DNA of 64,000 bases from Escherichia coli (lineage in GTDB: Bacteria > Pseudomonadota > Gammaproteobacteria > Enterobacterales > Enterobacteriaceae). A program made the position numbers and the translations under genes. The stretch is from NCBI RefSeq assembly GCF_001677475.2, contig NZ_CP015229.1, one strand, 5' to 3'. The notes under the pieces were generated by a model. It was not told the origin of the DNA. It saw only the letters and a list, made by a program, of their open reading frames with translations, and did no database searches. Each line of letters begins with the position of its first letter. The stretch's first letter is position 1. Below, piece after piece: positions 1 through 10,284 of this stretch.

Positions 1-165
1 TCATTTTGTTTTTTTAGGAATATATCAATACAAAATATCAATATAATTTCATGAAGATATTCATGTGATGGATAATATTGGGGGCTATTGTTTTATTTCG
101 ATGTATTAATATGCAAAAAAAGAGGGGATTGCCTCCCCCCTTAATTCATAAATAGTGCAATATCT

Positions 166-1368
166 TTATATGTGAGCCTCACGCAACATTTTCTGTTCTG
201 GCTGACGAATCGTCGTAGAGAGCGCCAGTGACAGAATCAGCAGGGCGAAAATCACGTAGAAGGTCACATAGAAGCCGCCAAACAGTGAGGCGATAATCGA
301 CCCACAAATGCTGCCGATACCGAAACCGAGATAAATCACACCGTAGTTTTTCGCCAGGTTATTGAGGCCGAAGAACTCACTGACCAGTGACGGAAAGACG
401 GTAATAGTGCCGCCAAAGTTAAATGCCACGCAGGCAATCGCTGCAAAGAACGTCACTGCATTCAATGGTGCAAACAGCAGGGCCGCCATACCCACCAGCG
501 AAATCACCTGACCAATGGTGATAACACGGATACGGGCGATTTTGTCAGACAGTATCCCCAGAACCAGACGACCTGAAAGGTTGGCGATGGAAATAACAGT
601 AACTGCATTAGCTGCGGAAACCACATCAAGGTGTGCCAGACTTTGGGCGATATCTTTCGCTACCCCAATCACGTACAGGCCGCTCATGCAGGCAGTCAGG
701 AACATTACCGCTAACATCCAGTACTGCGGTTTACGCATCGACTCTGCCAGCGTGTAATCTTTCTCCACCACACCATTGCTGGTTTTCACTTCCTGTTTTG
801 GTGCGTCTTTCATTAACGTTGCGCCGAAAACAATCATCACCAGCGCAATCGCTCCCCAAATCACAAAGGTTTTTTCCAGACCGACCGTTTCCAGCAGCTG
901 CGTGTCGATAAATTTGAAACCCAGGCTACCCAGACCATAAGAACCGATAGCGAACGCGGAGATCAGACCTTTACGCTCCGGGAACCACTTCACGCAGTTA
1001 GAGAGCGTCAGCAGGTAACCCGCGCCATCCGCCAGACCGACCAGCACACCGGCGCTTAACCACAGCATCATCAGGTTGTCAGAATGCGCTGTCAGGAAGA
1101 AGCCTAATCCTAGCAAAATGCCGGAAGCCATAGTGACGCGTTTAACGCCAAAACGTTCCTGTAATTTCCCCGCAACAGAAGATGAAATTGCCAGCCCCAG
1201 ACTTAACAAGCCGAAAGAGAAAGCGACCTGGCTTACCGGCGCATCCAGCTTGGCAGAAAGCGCGCCGTTAAACAGGCTCCAGGTATAAACCGACCCCAGC
1301 GCAAACTGGGTAATGATAGTACCGATGAGTGTCAGCCAGCGGGTACGCTGATAATTTGAAGGTGTCAT
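166..1368 (-). CDS. yhjX: MFS transporter, oxalate/formate antiporter-like (YhjX)
   Basis: ORF 166..1413; translation recognised as YhjX with multiple hydrophobic helices. Start placed at internal ATG 1368 (MTPSNYQ...), which has an AGGAA Shine-Dalgarno about 9 nt upstream; the upstream ATG at 1413 is an alternative. Confidence 0.85.
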   Translation of the reverse strand: MTPSNYQRTRWLTLIGTIITQFALGSVYTWSLFNGALSAKLDAPVSQVAFSFGLLSLGLAISSSVAGKLQERFGVKRVTMASGILLGLGFFLTAHSDNLMMLWLSAGVLVGLADGAGYLLTLSNCVKWFPERKGLISAFAIGSYGLGSLGFKFIDTQLLETVGLEKTFVIWGAIALVMIVFGATLMKDAPKQEVKTSNGVVEKDYTLAESMRKPQYWMLAVMFLTACMSGLYVIGVAKDIAQSLAHLDVVSAANAVTVISIANLSGRLVLGILSDKIARIRVITIGQVISLVGMAALLFAPLNAVTFFAAIACVAFNFGGTITVFPSLVSEFFGLNNLAKNYGVIYLGFGIGSICGSIIASLFGGFYVTFYVIFALLILSLALSTTIRQPEQKMLREAHI

Positions 1369-1596
1369 GGCAGTATTCCTGCAGTAATAAAAAGGAAAAA
1401 TCTCTGCCGACAACCATAACGAAGTGCACTTTATGCCTGGGGAAAAACGGCATGAAATGCCATCAGAACGGAATGAAATGCCTTAGTTCAGGAATGAATG
1501 ACGCGACAATTATTCACCAAATTTATTATTTGGTAAGTTAGCACCCACTATCGCCACAACTATTGTTATTCAATGGTTTCAATTGTGATTGTTACG

Positions 1597-2301
1597 TTAA
1601 AATCTGGCACTAACCCCCATCGTATACAGATAATCGCTATTGTTAGTGGTATTTTCTGCCTGAGATAGCGCGGCATAGGCGGCAATATTTTGATTGAGCA
1701 ACATATCAGCGCCTACGGTGACATCCAGCCAGTTGCCGTTCTGGTTTGTCGCCGTCATCCGGCTCAGGCCTGATTGCGCCTTCCAGATATTCTCGCCAAA
1801 TTGCTGGTTATAGCTGATTTGCGCCCAGGGTCGGAGATCGCCAAGCCGGGAGTCAACACGCCAGCCTAAGGTACTCACGCTGGCATGCCATAACGGATCG
1901 GTCAGCGTGGTAGTACTGTCGCCAAACTCGTTATACATCGAGGTGGTTGTGCCATCGTAATGTAATGCCGCGACCGGGCCAGTTGTAACCTGTTCATATA
2001 AAGGAAAATTCCAGCCCATACTCATACTGCTGGTCACATCCACAGGGGTTTCTTCCGCCAGATTAACTTCCAGTCCCAGCGCCCTTTGGCTACTTTGAAT
2101 ACGTTGCGACAAAATATCGTTGTAATCAGGTTGATGATCACTATCCCAGGTGTAACGCTCTGTGGAATGTCCGGGTTGCGTATCAACGATATATTCTTGT
2201 TGCCAGGCGTAAGCTGTGTTGAGAAAAAAGGCACTGATTACCACACTCGCCAGCAGGCTTAGCTGCCAGCGACCACCGCTTTTTTTTATGATCATTAACA
2301 C
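1597..2301 (-). CDS. yhjY: Uncharacterised protein YhjY with N-terminal signal-like hydrophobic segment
   Basis: 234-aa ORF; hydrophobic N-terminus (LLASVVISAFFLNTAYA) and C-terminal aromatic residue (ends ...VSARF); position between yhjX and tag as in K-12. Confidence 0.75.
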   Translation of the reverse strand: MLMIIKKSGGRWQLSLLASVVISAFFLNTAYAWQQEYIVDTQPGHSTERYTWDSDHQPDYNDILSQRIQSSQRALGLEVNLAEETPVDVTSSMSMGWNFPLYEQVTTGPVAALHYDGTTTSMYNEFGDSTTTLTDPLWHASVSTLGWRVDSRLGDLRPWAQISYNQQFGENIWKAQSGLSRMTATNQNGNWLDVTVGADMLLNQNIAAYAALSQAENTTNNSDYLYTMGVSARF

Positions 2302-2452
2302 GACTCCAGGGAAGAGCCGAATTCGGCAATATTATTGTCATTGTATGAAGGATATCGGGCATAGTAGCCCTGTATTAAATATTGACTTTTTCACCGATGC
2401 GTCAAGAAAAGCTGCTGAAATTTTTACGATCGGGTACATAGCGAGGGAAAGT

Positions 2453-3016
2453 ATGGAACGTTGCGGCTGGGTGAGTCAGGACCCGCTTTATATTGCCTAC
2501 CATGATAATGAATGGGGCGTGCCTGAAACTGACAGTAAAAAACTGTTCGAAATGATCTGCCTTGAAGGGCAGCAGGCTGGGTTATCGTGGATCACCGTCC
2601 TCAAAAAACGCGAAAACTATCGCGCATGCTTTCATCAGTTCGATCCGGTGAAGGTTGCCGCAATGCAGGTAGAGGATGTCGAAAGACTGGTACAGGACGC
2701 CGGGATTATCCGCCATCGCGGGAAAATTCAGGCAATCATTGGTAATGCGCGGGCGTACCTGCAAATGGAACAGAACGGCGAACCGTTTGCCGACTTTGTC
2801 TGGTCGTTTGTAAATCATCAGCCACAGGTGACACAAGCCACAACGTTGAGCGAAATCCCCACATCTACGCCCGCCTCCGACGCCCTATCTAAGGCACTGA
2901 AAAAACGTGGTTTTAAGTTTGTCGGTACCACAATCTGTTACTCCTTTATGCAGGCATGTGGGCTGGTGAATGATCATGTGGTTGGCTGCTGTTGCTATCC
3001 GGGAAATAAACCATGA
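2453..3016 (+). CDS. tag: DNA-3-methyladenine glycosylase I
   Basis: Internal ATG of ORF 2216..3016 gives a 187-aa protein (MERCGWVSQDPLYIAYHDNEWGVPE...) recognised as Tag; the longer upstream extension is not used. Confidence 0.9.
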   Translation: MERCGWVSQDPLYIAYHDNEWGVPETDSKKLFEMICLEGQQAGLSWITVLKKRENYRACFHQFDPVKVAAMQVEDVERLVQDAGIIRHRGKIQAIIGNARAYLQMEQNGEPFADFVWSFVNHQPQVTQATTLSEIPTSTPASDALSKALKKRGFKFVGTTICYSFMQACGLVNDHVVGCCCYPGNKP

Positions 3017-3453
3017 TTCGGGAAGCGCAACGTTCAGAACTCCCCGCGATCCTCGAACTGTGGCTGGAAAGTACAACCTGGGGGCATCCCTTTATAAAAG
3101 CGAATTACTGGCGTGATTGCATTCCGCTGGTGCGGGATGCGTATCTTGCCAATGCGCAAAACTGGGTCTGGGAAGAAGACGGTAAGCTTCTCGGTTTTGT
3201 CAGCATTATGGAAGGCCGATTTCTGGCAGCAATGTTTGTCGCACCGAAGGCCGTCAGACGCGGTATTGGTAAGGCGCTGATGCAATATGTGCAGCAGCGC
3301 CATCCCCATCTGATGCTGGAGGTTTATCAAAAAAATCAACCGGCGATAGATTTTTACCATGCGCAGGGTTTTCACATTGTCGATTGCGCATGGCAGGATG
3401 AAACCCAACTACCCACCTGGATTATGAGCTGGCCGGTGGATCAAACGCTGTAA
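3013..3453 (+). CDS. yiaC: GNAT-family N-acetyltransferase YiaC
   Basis: 146-aa ORF recognised as YiaC; start overlaps the tag stop by 4 nt (ATGA), suggesting translational coupling. Confidence 0.85.
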   Translation: MIREAQRSELPAILELWLESTTWGHPFIKANYWRDCIPLVRDAYLANAQNWVWEEDGKLLGFVSIMEGRFLAAMFVAPKAVRRGIGKALMQYVQQRHPHLMLEVYQKNQPAIDFYHAQGFHIVDCAWQDETQLPTWIMSWPVDQTL

Positions 3454-5755
3454 GTGTCAGTTCCGGACCGTTGTATTTTTCCAGCCATGCCAGCGCCGTA
3501 TTACCCGCACAGCCATTCCCCAGCCGCGAGCTGGGGAGATCTTTGGTCAGCACGTTCACTGCGCCGTTTTTACAAATACCGTCAGCGGTTAAATCCAGAT
3601 CCGGCCATGCCCCTTCGTGAATGCAAATCACGCCAGGTTTAATTCCCTCGCTAATGACTGCCCCGGCAAGAATTTGCCCGCGTGCGTTCCACAGCCGAAC
3701 AGTATCGCCATCTTGTATGCCGCGCGCCTGAGCATCGTCAGGATGAATGGTGACAGGCTCACGGTTTGCCACCGCGTACAATTCGCGCAGAGAACTGTAA
3801 TTCAGCTGGCTGTGCAGACGATGTGCCGGATGAGCAGAAAGTACCTGCAACTGTTCCGGTTCGGCATTGCCCTGCCATTCGTCCGGCTCCAGCCACATTG
3901 GATGCCCCGGGCAATCCGGATAAGCGTAATCAGCAATACGCTGCGAGAAGATTTCAATCTTACCACTGGCAGTTTTTAATGGATGCGCCTGCGGATCGCG
4001 GCGAAAATCGGCGAAGCGAATAAACCGCTCGCTGTCTGGGTTTTCCGGCATCTCAATTAACTGGTTGGCTTGCCAGAACTCAGCAAATGGCGGCAATTCA
4101 ACCTGCTGGCTTGCCCCGCGCTGCCGGGCAACGTTATAAAACGTTTCCAGCCATTGCAGCTCACTTTTTCCTTCCGTAAACCGCGCATAGCCGCCCTTCT
4201 CCCAACGTTCACTCAACTCGGCAAAGACATCAAAATCATTACGCGCTTCATAACGTGGCGGCACCACTTGTTTCATCAGCACCAGATGCTGATTGCTGTA
4301 ATCGCCGGTCATGGTGAGATCATTACGCTCAAACGAGGTGGTCGCAGGCAGAACGATATCCGCGTGTTTCGCCGCCGCCGTCCAGAAGCATTCAGAGATC
4401 ACCACCAGCTCCGGTTTTTGCCAGGCACGGATCAGGCGATTGGTATCCTGATGATGAGTAAAGTTGGCACCGCCCGCCCACCAGATAAAACGAATATCCG
4501 GGAAATGTCGGTCCATACCGTTATGTTGATATGCGCCACCGGGGTTTTCCAGTGCTTCAACAATGCGGGCAACAGGGATTTTATCCACCGCATCGGTGCC
4601 GCCAGGCAAGCTGCCCTGCATGGAAGAGAGCACCGCAGCGCGGCGAGTGGGGTTACCACCATTGGCAAAATGGTAAGAAAGTCCAAAACCGCCGCCGGGT
4701 GTGCCGATTTGCCCCAACATTGCCGCCAGCGTGACGATCATCCAGTGTTTTTGCTCACCAAACTGTTGGCGCTGCATTCCCCAGCCAGCCATCAGCATGG
4801 TAGTATTTTGATGGAAAAGAGCCGCCAGTTCGCGGATTTTCGCTGCGCCAACACCACAAATCCCTGCCGCCCATTCGGCGGTTTTCGCTATTCCGTCGCT
4901 CTCGCCCAGCAAATAAGAGGCGAAAACGTCATAACCTGTGGTGCAACGCGTCAGAAACGCTTCGTCGTGCCAGCCATTTTCCACCAGCGTATGGGCGATC
5001 CCTAGCATCAGCGCAACATCGGTGCCCATGTGCGGTGCCACCCACTCCATTTTATCGCCAAAGAAATCGACGGTTTCCGATCGCATTGGATCAATGCAGA
5101 TCAGCTTTTTCCCGCTGTCACGCAGTGCGGAAAAGTAAGAAAGCCCCTGCTCATCAGATGCATTCCACGCAATTTTCAGCGTATTGAGTGGGTTAGCACT
5201 CCACAACACCACGACATCGCTATGTTCCAGCACCAGCGGCCAACTGGTTTGCTGCTGATAGACTTCGCTGCCCCCCACGACATATGGCATGATCGCCTGT
5301 GCCGCGCCGGTCGAATAATCCCCCAGATGCCCGGTATAACCGCCTGCCAGCGCCATATAGCGTTGTAATAATGTCGAGGCCTTATGCAGCACGCCGTTTG
5401 AACGCCAGCCGTAGGAACCAGCAAAAATCGATGCCGGACCATAAGCCTCACGAATACGTTTATGTTGTTGGTGAATAAGCTCCAGCGCCTCATCCCAACT
5501 CACACGAACAAATTCATCCTGCCCACGAATGCCTTGCGGGTTTTCCGGTGACGCGAGAAAGCCTTTGCGCACCATTGGAAATCGTACCCGCGTATTGCTG
5601 TGAACCTGGTCGCGAACCGCGCTCTGCAAGGAATTTTCCATTCCTGTGGCTAACGCGCCACGTGAGCTAAACACGGTTTCGCCGTCAGTTTCAACCAGCA
5701 TGGGCCCCCAGTGGGCGGCAGTCAGAACGGAATATCGTGAGGATGAGTTGGCCAA
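3422..5755 (-). CDS. bisC: Biotin sulfoxide reductase (molybdopterin oxidoreductase)
   Basis: 777-aa ORF recognised as BisC ([26 protein letters not shown]...); 3' end overlaps the 3' end of yiaC by 32 nt, convergently. Confidence 0.9.
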   Translation of the reverse strand: MANSSSRYSVLTAAHWGPMLVETDGETVFSSRGALATGMENSLQSAVRDQVHSNTRVRFPMVRKGFLASPENPQGIRGQDEFVRVSWDEALELIHQQHKRIREAYGPASIFAGSYGWRSNGVLHKASTLLQRYMALAGGYTGHLGDYSTGAAQAIMPYVVGGSEVYQQQTSWPLVLEHSDVVVLWSANPLNTLKIAWNASDEQGLSYFSALRDSGKKLICIDPMRSETVDFFGDKMEWVAPHMGTDVALMLGIAHTLVENGWHDEAFLTRCTTGYDVFASYLLGESDGIAKTAEWAAGICGVGAAKIRELAALFHQNTTMLMAGWGMQRQQFGEQKHWMIVTLAAMLGQIGTPGGGFGLSYHFANGGNPTRRAAVLSSMQGSLPGGTDAVDKIPVARIVEALENPGGAYQHNGMDRHFPDIRFIWWAGGANFTHHQDTNRLIRAWQKPELVVISECFWTAAAKHADIVLPATTSFERNDLTMTGDYSNQHLVLMKQVVPPRYEARNDFDVFAELSERWEKGGYARFTEGKSELQWLETFYNVARQRGASQQVELPPFAEFWQANQLIEMPENPDSERFIRFADFRRDPQAHPLKTASGKIEIFSQRIADYAYPDCPGHPMWLEPDEWQGNAEPEQLQVLSAHPAHRLHSQLNYSSLRELYAVANREPVTIHPDDAQARGIQDGDTVRLWNARGQILAGAVISEGIKPGVICIHEGAWPDLDLTADGICKNGAVNVLTKDLPSSRLGNGCAGNTALAWLEKYNGPELTLTAFDPPASS

Positions 5756-5907
5756 ACCGAAGGCTCCTGAAAGGTTAGATGTATTGAGCAGTTAAATATT
5801 ACTTACAAATTTCCGAGTATTCCCAGGAATAATCTTCATGTTCACGCGGCATAATCTCCCGCCACGGAACCCGTGGCAAAGAATAAAAAGGTTATTAAGG
5901 ATTAACA

Positions 5908-6567
5908 ATGAAGAAACGTGTTTATCTTATTGCCGCCGTAGTGAGTGGCGCTCTGGCGGTATCTGGCTGCACAACTAACCCTTACACCGGCGAACGCGAA
6001 GCAGGTAAATCTGCTATCGGCGCAGGTCTGGGCTCTCTCGTTGGCGCGGGTATTGGTGCGCTCTCTTCTTCGAAGAAAGATCGCGGTAAAGGCGCGCTCA
6101 TTGGCGCAGCAGCAGGCGCGGCTCTGGGCGGCGGCGTGGGTTATTACATGGATGTGCAGGAAGCGAAGCTGCGTGACAAAATGCGCGGCACCGGTGTTAG
6201 CGTAACCCGCAGCGGGGATAACATTATCCTCAATATGCCGAACAATGTGACCTTCGACAGCAGCAGCGCGACCCTGAAACCGGCGGGCGCTAACACCCTG
6301 ACCGGCGTGGCAATGGTACTGAAAGAGTATCCGAAAACGGCGGTTAACGTGATTGGTTATACCGACAGCACGGGTGGTCACGACCTGAACATGCGTCTCT
6401 CCCAGCAGCGTGCGGATTCCGTTGCCAGCGCGTTGATCACCCAGGGCGTGGACGCCAGCCGCATCCGTACTCAGGGCCTTGGCCCGGCTAACCCAATCGC
6501 CAGCAACAGCACCGCAGAAGGTAAGGCGCAAAACCGCCGTGTAGAAATTACCTTAAGCCCGCTGTAA
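5908..6567 (+). CDS. yiaD: OmpA-domain lipoprotein YiaD
   Basis: 219 aa; lipoprotein signal peptide with lipobox (LAVSGC); glycine-rich linker; C-terminal OmpA-like peptidoglycan-binding region (...GYTDSTGGHDLNMRLSQQRADSV...). Confidence 0.9.
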   Translation: MKKRVYLIAAVVSGALAVSGCTTNPYTGEREAGKSAIGAGLGSLVGAGIGALSSSKKDRGKGALIGAAAGAALGGGVGYYMDVQEAKLRDKMRGTGVSVTRSGDNIILNMPNNVTFDSSSATLKPAGANTLTGVAMVLKEYPKTAVNVIGYTDSTGGHDLNMRLSQQRADSVASALITQGVDASRIRTQGLGPANPIASNSTAEGKAQNRRVEITLSPL

Positions 6568-6670
6568 TCCCTTTCATGCCAGGTGATGCAGAAATCACCT
6601 GGCATTCTTCAGTTTTCCTTCATCATATTTCAGGCTAAGGTGATCGCCTTATCAGTGAATGGAGAGAAGC

Positions 6671-7645
6671 ATGAAGCCGTCCGTTATCCTCTACAAAGCC
6701 TTACCTGATGATTTACTGCAACGCCTGCAAGAGCATTTCACCGTTCACCAGGTGGCAAACCTCAGCCCACAAACCGTCGATCAAAATGCAGCAATTTTTG
6801 CAGAAGCTGAAGGTTTACTGGGTTCAAACGAGAATGTAGATGCCGCATTGCTGGAAAAAATGCCGAAACTGCGTGCCACATCAACGATCTCCGTCGGCTA
6901 TGACAATTTTGATGTCGATGCGCTTACCGCCCGAAAAATTCTGCTGATGCACACGCCAACCGTATTAACAGAAACCGTCGCCGATACGCTGATGGCGCTG
7001 GTGTTGTCTACCGCTCGTCGGGTTGTGGAGGTAGCTGAACGGGTAAAAGCAGGCGAATGGACCGCGAGCATAGGCCCGGACTGGTACGGCACTGACGTTC
7101 ACCATAAAACACTGGGCATTGTCGGGATGGGACGGATCGGCATGGCGCTGGCACAACGTGCGCACTTTGGCTTCAACATGCCCATCCTCTATAACGCGCG
7201 CCGCCACCATAAAGAAGCAGAAGAACGCTTCAACGCCCGCTACTGCGATTTGGATACTCTGTTACAAGAGTCAGATTTCGTTTGCCTGATCCTGCCGTTA
7301 ACTGATGAGACGCATCATCTGTTTGGCGCAGAACAATTCGCCAAAATGAAATCCTCCGCCATTTTCATTAATGCCGGACGTGGCCCGGTGGTTGATGAAA
7401 ATGCACTGATTGCTGCATTGCAGAAAGGGGAAATTCACGCCGCCGGGCTGGATGTTTTCGAACAAGAGCCACTGTCCGAAGATTCGCCGTTGCTCTCAAT
7501 GACCAACGTCGTCGCAGTACCGCATATTGGATCTGCCACTCATGAGACGCGTTATGGCATGGCCGCCTGTGCCGTGGATAATTTGATTGATGCGTTACAA
7601 GGAAAGGTTGAGAAGAACTGTGTGAATCCGCACGTCGCGGACTAA
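6671..7645 (+). CDS. ghrB: Glyoxylate/hydroxypyruvate reductase B (2-ketoaldonate reductase)
   Basis: Internal ATG at 6671 gives 324 aa ([14 protein letters not shown]...); D-isomer 2-hydroxyacid dehydrogenase pattern with NAD-binding GxGxxG (GIVGMGRIG). Confidence 0.9.
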   Translation: MKPSVILYKALPDDLLQRLQEHFTVHQVANLSPQTVDQNAAIFAEAEGLLGSNENVDAALLEKMPKLRATSTISVGYDNFDVDALTARKILLMHTPTVLTETVADTLMALVLSTARRVVEVAERVKAGEWTASIGPDWYGTDVHHKTLGIVGMGRIGMALAQRAHFGFNMPILYNARRHHKEAEERFNARYCDLDTLLQESDFVCLILPLTDETHHLFGAEQFAKMKSSAIFINAGRGPVVDENALIAALQKGEIHAAGLDVFEQEPLSEDSPLLSMTNVVAVPHIGSATHETRYGMAACAVDNLIDALQGKVEKNCVNPHVAD

Positions 7646-7694
7646 GCCGCGACTGCGTGGAGTAAAGCCCGATAATCGCTCGGGCTTTTACTCT

Positions 7695-8405
7695 TTATTG
7701 GGTTGCAGTAACTGCTGTAGTCCAGGCCTGATTAAACGCCTGATGCTGTGCCGGTAATGGCGCAATCAGTTTGTTATATTCACTTGCCTGTTGTGACGTC
7801 GGGAACTGGATGCCATTTGCTACAAAGCTCACCTGAGTACCTTGCTGAGCAATGTAGTCTCCAACCATCACCAGTTGTTGCGTGAAAGTTTGTGCCGCCG
7901 GAATCAACGGTTGCAATGCATCAGCTGGTGTCGTTACCACTTTGGTGAATGCCTGATCAAAGACCGGTTTCAAATCATCGGTCTGTTTTAGCGCAGAGTG
8001 CGCAGCATCGGCCTGCAACTTCGCATTTTGCAGTTGTTGCGCCAGCACACCTAGCGAACCGTTCATTTCACGCAGCGGACCGCTTTGCGTAACGTAATCC
8101 TGCGGTACGCGAATTGCGTTAACGCTGTCTACGACCGGGCGCAGACCGGAATCCATCGCCTGATTCACCTGCTGAGAATAACCATACAGAATCGCGTAAT
8201 CAGAGACAAAAGGACCAAACTGTTTTTTCTGATCGGCAGTCAGGGTTGGTAGACGTTCGCCGCTACGCATCACTGTATTCTGCAGGAAGTCGATAAACGC
8301 TTTACGCTGATCGCCTTCTTTATCAAAACACCCACTCAGGCTAACTACCATTAATAACGCCGCAAGAGGCGCAAACCAGCGAGAGCAGGACTTTCCTGTC
8401 GCCAT
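7695..8405 (-). CDS. yiaF: Putative inner-membrane lipoprotein YiaF
   Basis: Start placed at internal ATG 8405 (MATGKSCSRWFAPLAALLMVVSLSGC...), 236 aa with lipobox LSGC; the upstream ORF extension is not used. Confidence 0.8.
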   Translation of the reverse strand: MATGKSCSRWFAPLAALLMVVSLSGCFDKEGDQRKAFIDFLQNTVMRSGERLPTLTADQKKQFGPFVSDYAILYGYSQQVNQAMDSGLRPVVDSVNAIRVPQDYVTQSGPLREMNGSLGVLAQQLQNAKLQADAAHSALKQTDDLKPVFDQAFTKVVTTPADALQPLIPAAQTFTQQLVMVGDYIAQQGTQVSFVANGIQFPTSQQASEYNKLIAPLPAQHQAFNQAWTTAVTATQ

Positions 8406-8838
8406 TTTCTTACTCCTTTCACCCAAAAAAAGCGCACAACGACACACGCGTGTCTGACGTGACAAGGATAGTCCAGGACAGGCTTGCAGGATACCCTTTC
8501 TACGTAATCTTCCTGGTAAAATCATGGAGAAAATGAAACAAGGTTAATTTGTTGTTTCATTGTTAAAAAATGATAGTGCCGTTGCTTTTTTTGTTGCCAG
8601 AGATTTACGCCTTCTCAGAACGTTAGATTTTCGAAATCTTTACAAACCGGGAGTGGTAAGAGATATATCGGCATTTATCAGATCGTTAGGTGGCTATAAG
8701 TCACGCTAAATGACTGGCTGAATCGAATCATAGCCAGAGCATGCCCTGACTTCACCCCGCTGTGTCTGCTTTTCCCGACTATTCTTAATGAGCTTCGATG
8801 CAATTCACGATCCCGCAGTGTGATTTGAGGAGTTTTCA

Positions 8839-9129
8839 ATGGAATATAAAGATCCAATGCATGAGCTGTTGAGCAGCCTGGAACAGATTGTTTTTAAAGA
8901 TGAAACGCAGAAAATTACCCTGACGCACAGAACAACGTCCTGTACCGAAATTGAGCAGTTACGAAAAGGGACAGGGTTAAAAATCGATGATTTCGCCCGG
9001 GTTTTGGGCGTATCAGTCGCCATGGTAAAGGAATGGGAATCCAGACGCGTGAAGCCTTCAAGTGCCGAACTAAAATTGATGCGTTTGATTCAAGCCAACC
9101 CGGCATTAAGTAAGCAGTTGATGGAATAG
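8839..9129 (+). CDS. yiaG: XRE-type helix-turn-helix transcriptional regulator YiaG
   Basis: 96-aa ORF recognised as YiaG; HTH segment (IDDFARVLGVSVAMVKEWESRR). Confidence 0.85.
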   Translation: MEYKDPMHELLSSLEQIVFKDETQKITLTHRTTSCTEIEQLRKGTGLKIDDFARVLGVSVAMVKEWESRRVKPSSAELKLMRLIQANPALSKQLME

Positions 9130-9213
9130 ACTTTTATCCACTTTATTGCTGTTTACGGTCCTGATGACAGGACCGTTTTCCAACCGATTAATCATAAATA
9201 TGAAAAATAATTG

Positions 9214-9242
9214 TTGCATCACCCGCCAATGCGTGGCTTAAT
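9214..9242 (+). promoter_or_regulatory. cspA: cspA sigma70 promoter (-35 TTGCAT, -10 CTTAAT) with AT-rich UP-like region upstream
   Basis: TTGCAT at 9214..9219 and CTTAAT at 9237..9242 with 17-nt spacing; AT-rich tract at 9191..9212; placed about 160 nt upstream of the cspA ATG, matching the known long leader. Confidence 0.7.
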
Positions 9243-9250
9243 GCACATCA

Positions 9251-9409
9251 ACGGTTTGACGTACAGACCATTAAAGCAGTGTAGTAAGGCAAGTCCCTTC
9301 AAGAGTTATCGTTGATACCCCTCGTAGTGCACATTCCTTTAACGCTTCAAAATCTGTAAAGCACGCCATATCGCCGAAAGGCACACTTAATTATTAAAGG
9401 TAATACACT
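9251..9409 (+). promoter_or_regulatory. cspA: cspA long 5'UTR (cold-box, RNA thermosensor leader)
   Basis: Leader begins ACGGTTTGACGTACAGACC, containing the cold-box-like TGACGTACAGA at 9256..9266, and runs about 159 nt to the ATG; the cspA leader is an established cold-responsive RNA element. Confidence 0.75.
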
Positions 9410-9622
9410 ATGTCCGGTAAAATGACTGGTATCGTAAAATGGTTCAACGCTGACAAAGGCTTCGGCTTCATCACTCCTGACGATGGCTCTAAAGACGTGT
9501 TCGTACACTTCTCTGCTATCCAGAACGATGGTTACAAATCTCTGGACGAAGGTCAGAAAGTGTCCTTCACCATCGAAAGCGGCGCTAAAGGCCCGGCAGC
9601 TGGTAACGTAACCAGCCTGTAA
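9410..9622 (+). CDS. cspA: Major cold-shock protein CspA
   Basis: 70-aa [41 protein letters not shown]...; RNP1 motif KGFGFI and RNP2-like VFVHF. Confidence 0.97.
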
Positions 9623-9650
9623 TCTCTGCTTAAAAGCACAGAATCTAAGA

Positions 9651-9678
9651 TCCCTGCCATTTGGCGGGGATTTTTTTA
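9651..9678 (+). terminator. Rho-independent terminator of cspA
   Basis: Stem TCCCTGCC / GGCGGGGA followed by T-run TTTTTTTATT at 9671..9680. Confidence 0.8.
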
Positions 9679-9774
9679 TTTGTTTTTCAGGAAATAAATA
9701 ATCGATCGCGTAGTAAAATCTATTATTATTTTTGTGAAAAATAAATTTGGGTGCAATGAGAATGCGCAACGCCG

Positions 9775-9801
9775 TAAGAAAGGCGGGAATAACTTCCCGC
9801 C
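9775..9801 (-). terminator. 3' stem-loop / terminator downstream of hokA
   Basis: On the minus strand, stem TTCCCGCC / GGCGGGAA (plus coordinates 9782..9801) is followed by TTTCTT; lies 8 nt after the hokA stop. Confidence 0.5.
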
Positions 9802-9809
9802 GAAGACTC

Positions 9810-9962
9810 TTACTCTTTTAAATTGCAGGCTAAAAATGCCGCCAGCTCATAACTCCCCTGTTTAATATGCAATTCACACAGTGAATCTCTTATCATCCAG
9901 GTGAAAAATAAAAGCGTGAAACAAATCACTATTAAAGAAAGCAATCTATATTTCTGCGGCAT
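9810..9962 (-). CDS. hokA: Hok-family type I toxin (small membrane peptide), HokA-like
   Basis: 50-aa product MPQKYRLLSLIVICFTLLFFTWMIRDSLCELHIKQGSYELAAFLACNLKE: single transmembrane helix plus conserved Cys, characteristic of Hok/Gef peptides. The same frame extends upstream to an ATG at 10022 (70 codons). No IS element interrupts the locus. Confidence 0.8.
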   Translation of the reverse strand: MPQKYRLLSLIVICFTLLFFTWMIRDSLCELHIKQGSYELAAFLACNLKE

Positions 9963-10284
9963 TCCCAGCCCCCTGTGTTGATTTCCAACGAGTAAGAGGC
10001 TAACCTTATGGTGTCTATGCATAGAGGGGCCTCACTTTGATTTATAGTCAGGTGGGGCTTTTCTCTGTCTGCCTTTCGGTGAATACCTGAGACAAACAGT
10101 CTCAAGCACCCGTGGCTATTCTAGCTTAATAAGTTTGTTTCTTCTCCTTGATATAATCCTAAAAAAATCTCATAAAATTAATATATGAGATAATCTTTAT
10201 TCAGCAGAAGATTATTAAAGGTTGCTGTATTATTTAGCGATAAAAAAAGCCTGCCAGATGGCAGGCTTTTTAATAACGGCGTTA

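Noticed and set aside
1-165. AT-rich leading 165 bp of the window
   Set aside because: Too short and featureless to call; probably the region downstream of yhjX and its terminator. No ORF or recognisable repeat.
4070-5005. 311-aa plus-strand ORF inside bisC
   Set aside because: Lies entirely antisense to the bisC coding sequence; Arg/Pro/Gly-rich low-complexity translation typical of a shadow frame in GC-rich coding DNA; no Shine-Dalgarno.
5902-6531. 209-aa minus-strand ORF opposite yiaD
   Set aside because: Antisense to the well-supported yiaD lipoprotein gene; Ala/Gly/Arg-rich translation reflects the codon-complement of the Gly/Ala-rich linker.
8805-9023. 72-aa minus-strand ORF overlapping yiaG
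   Set aside because: Antisense to the 96-aa HTH regulator yiaG, which has the better coding signal; no independent support.
9623-10284. Possible IS150 (insJ/insK) copy between cspA and glyS, as in K-12
   Set aside because: The spacer is only about 660 bp and contains no transposase-like ORF or terminal inverted repeats; only the small hok-type ORF is present.
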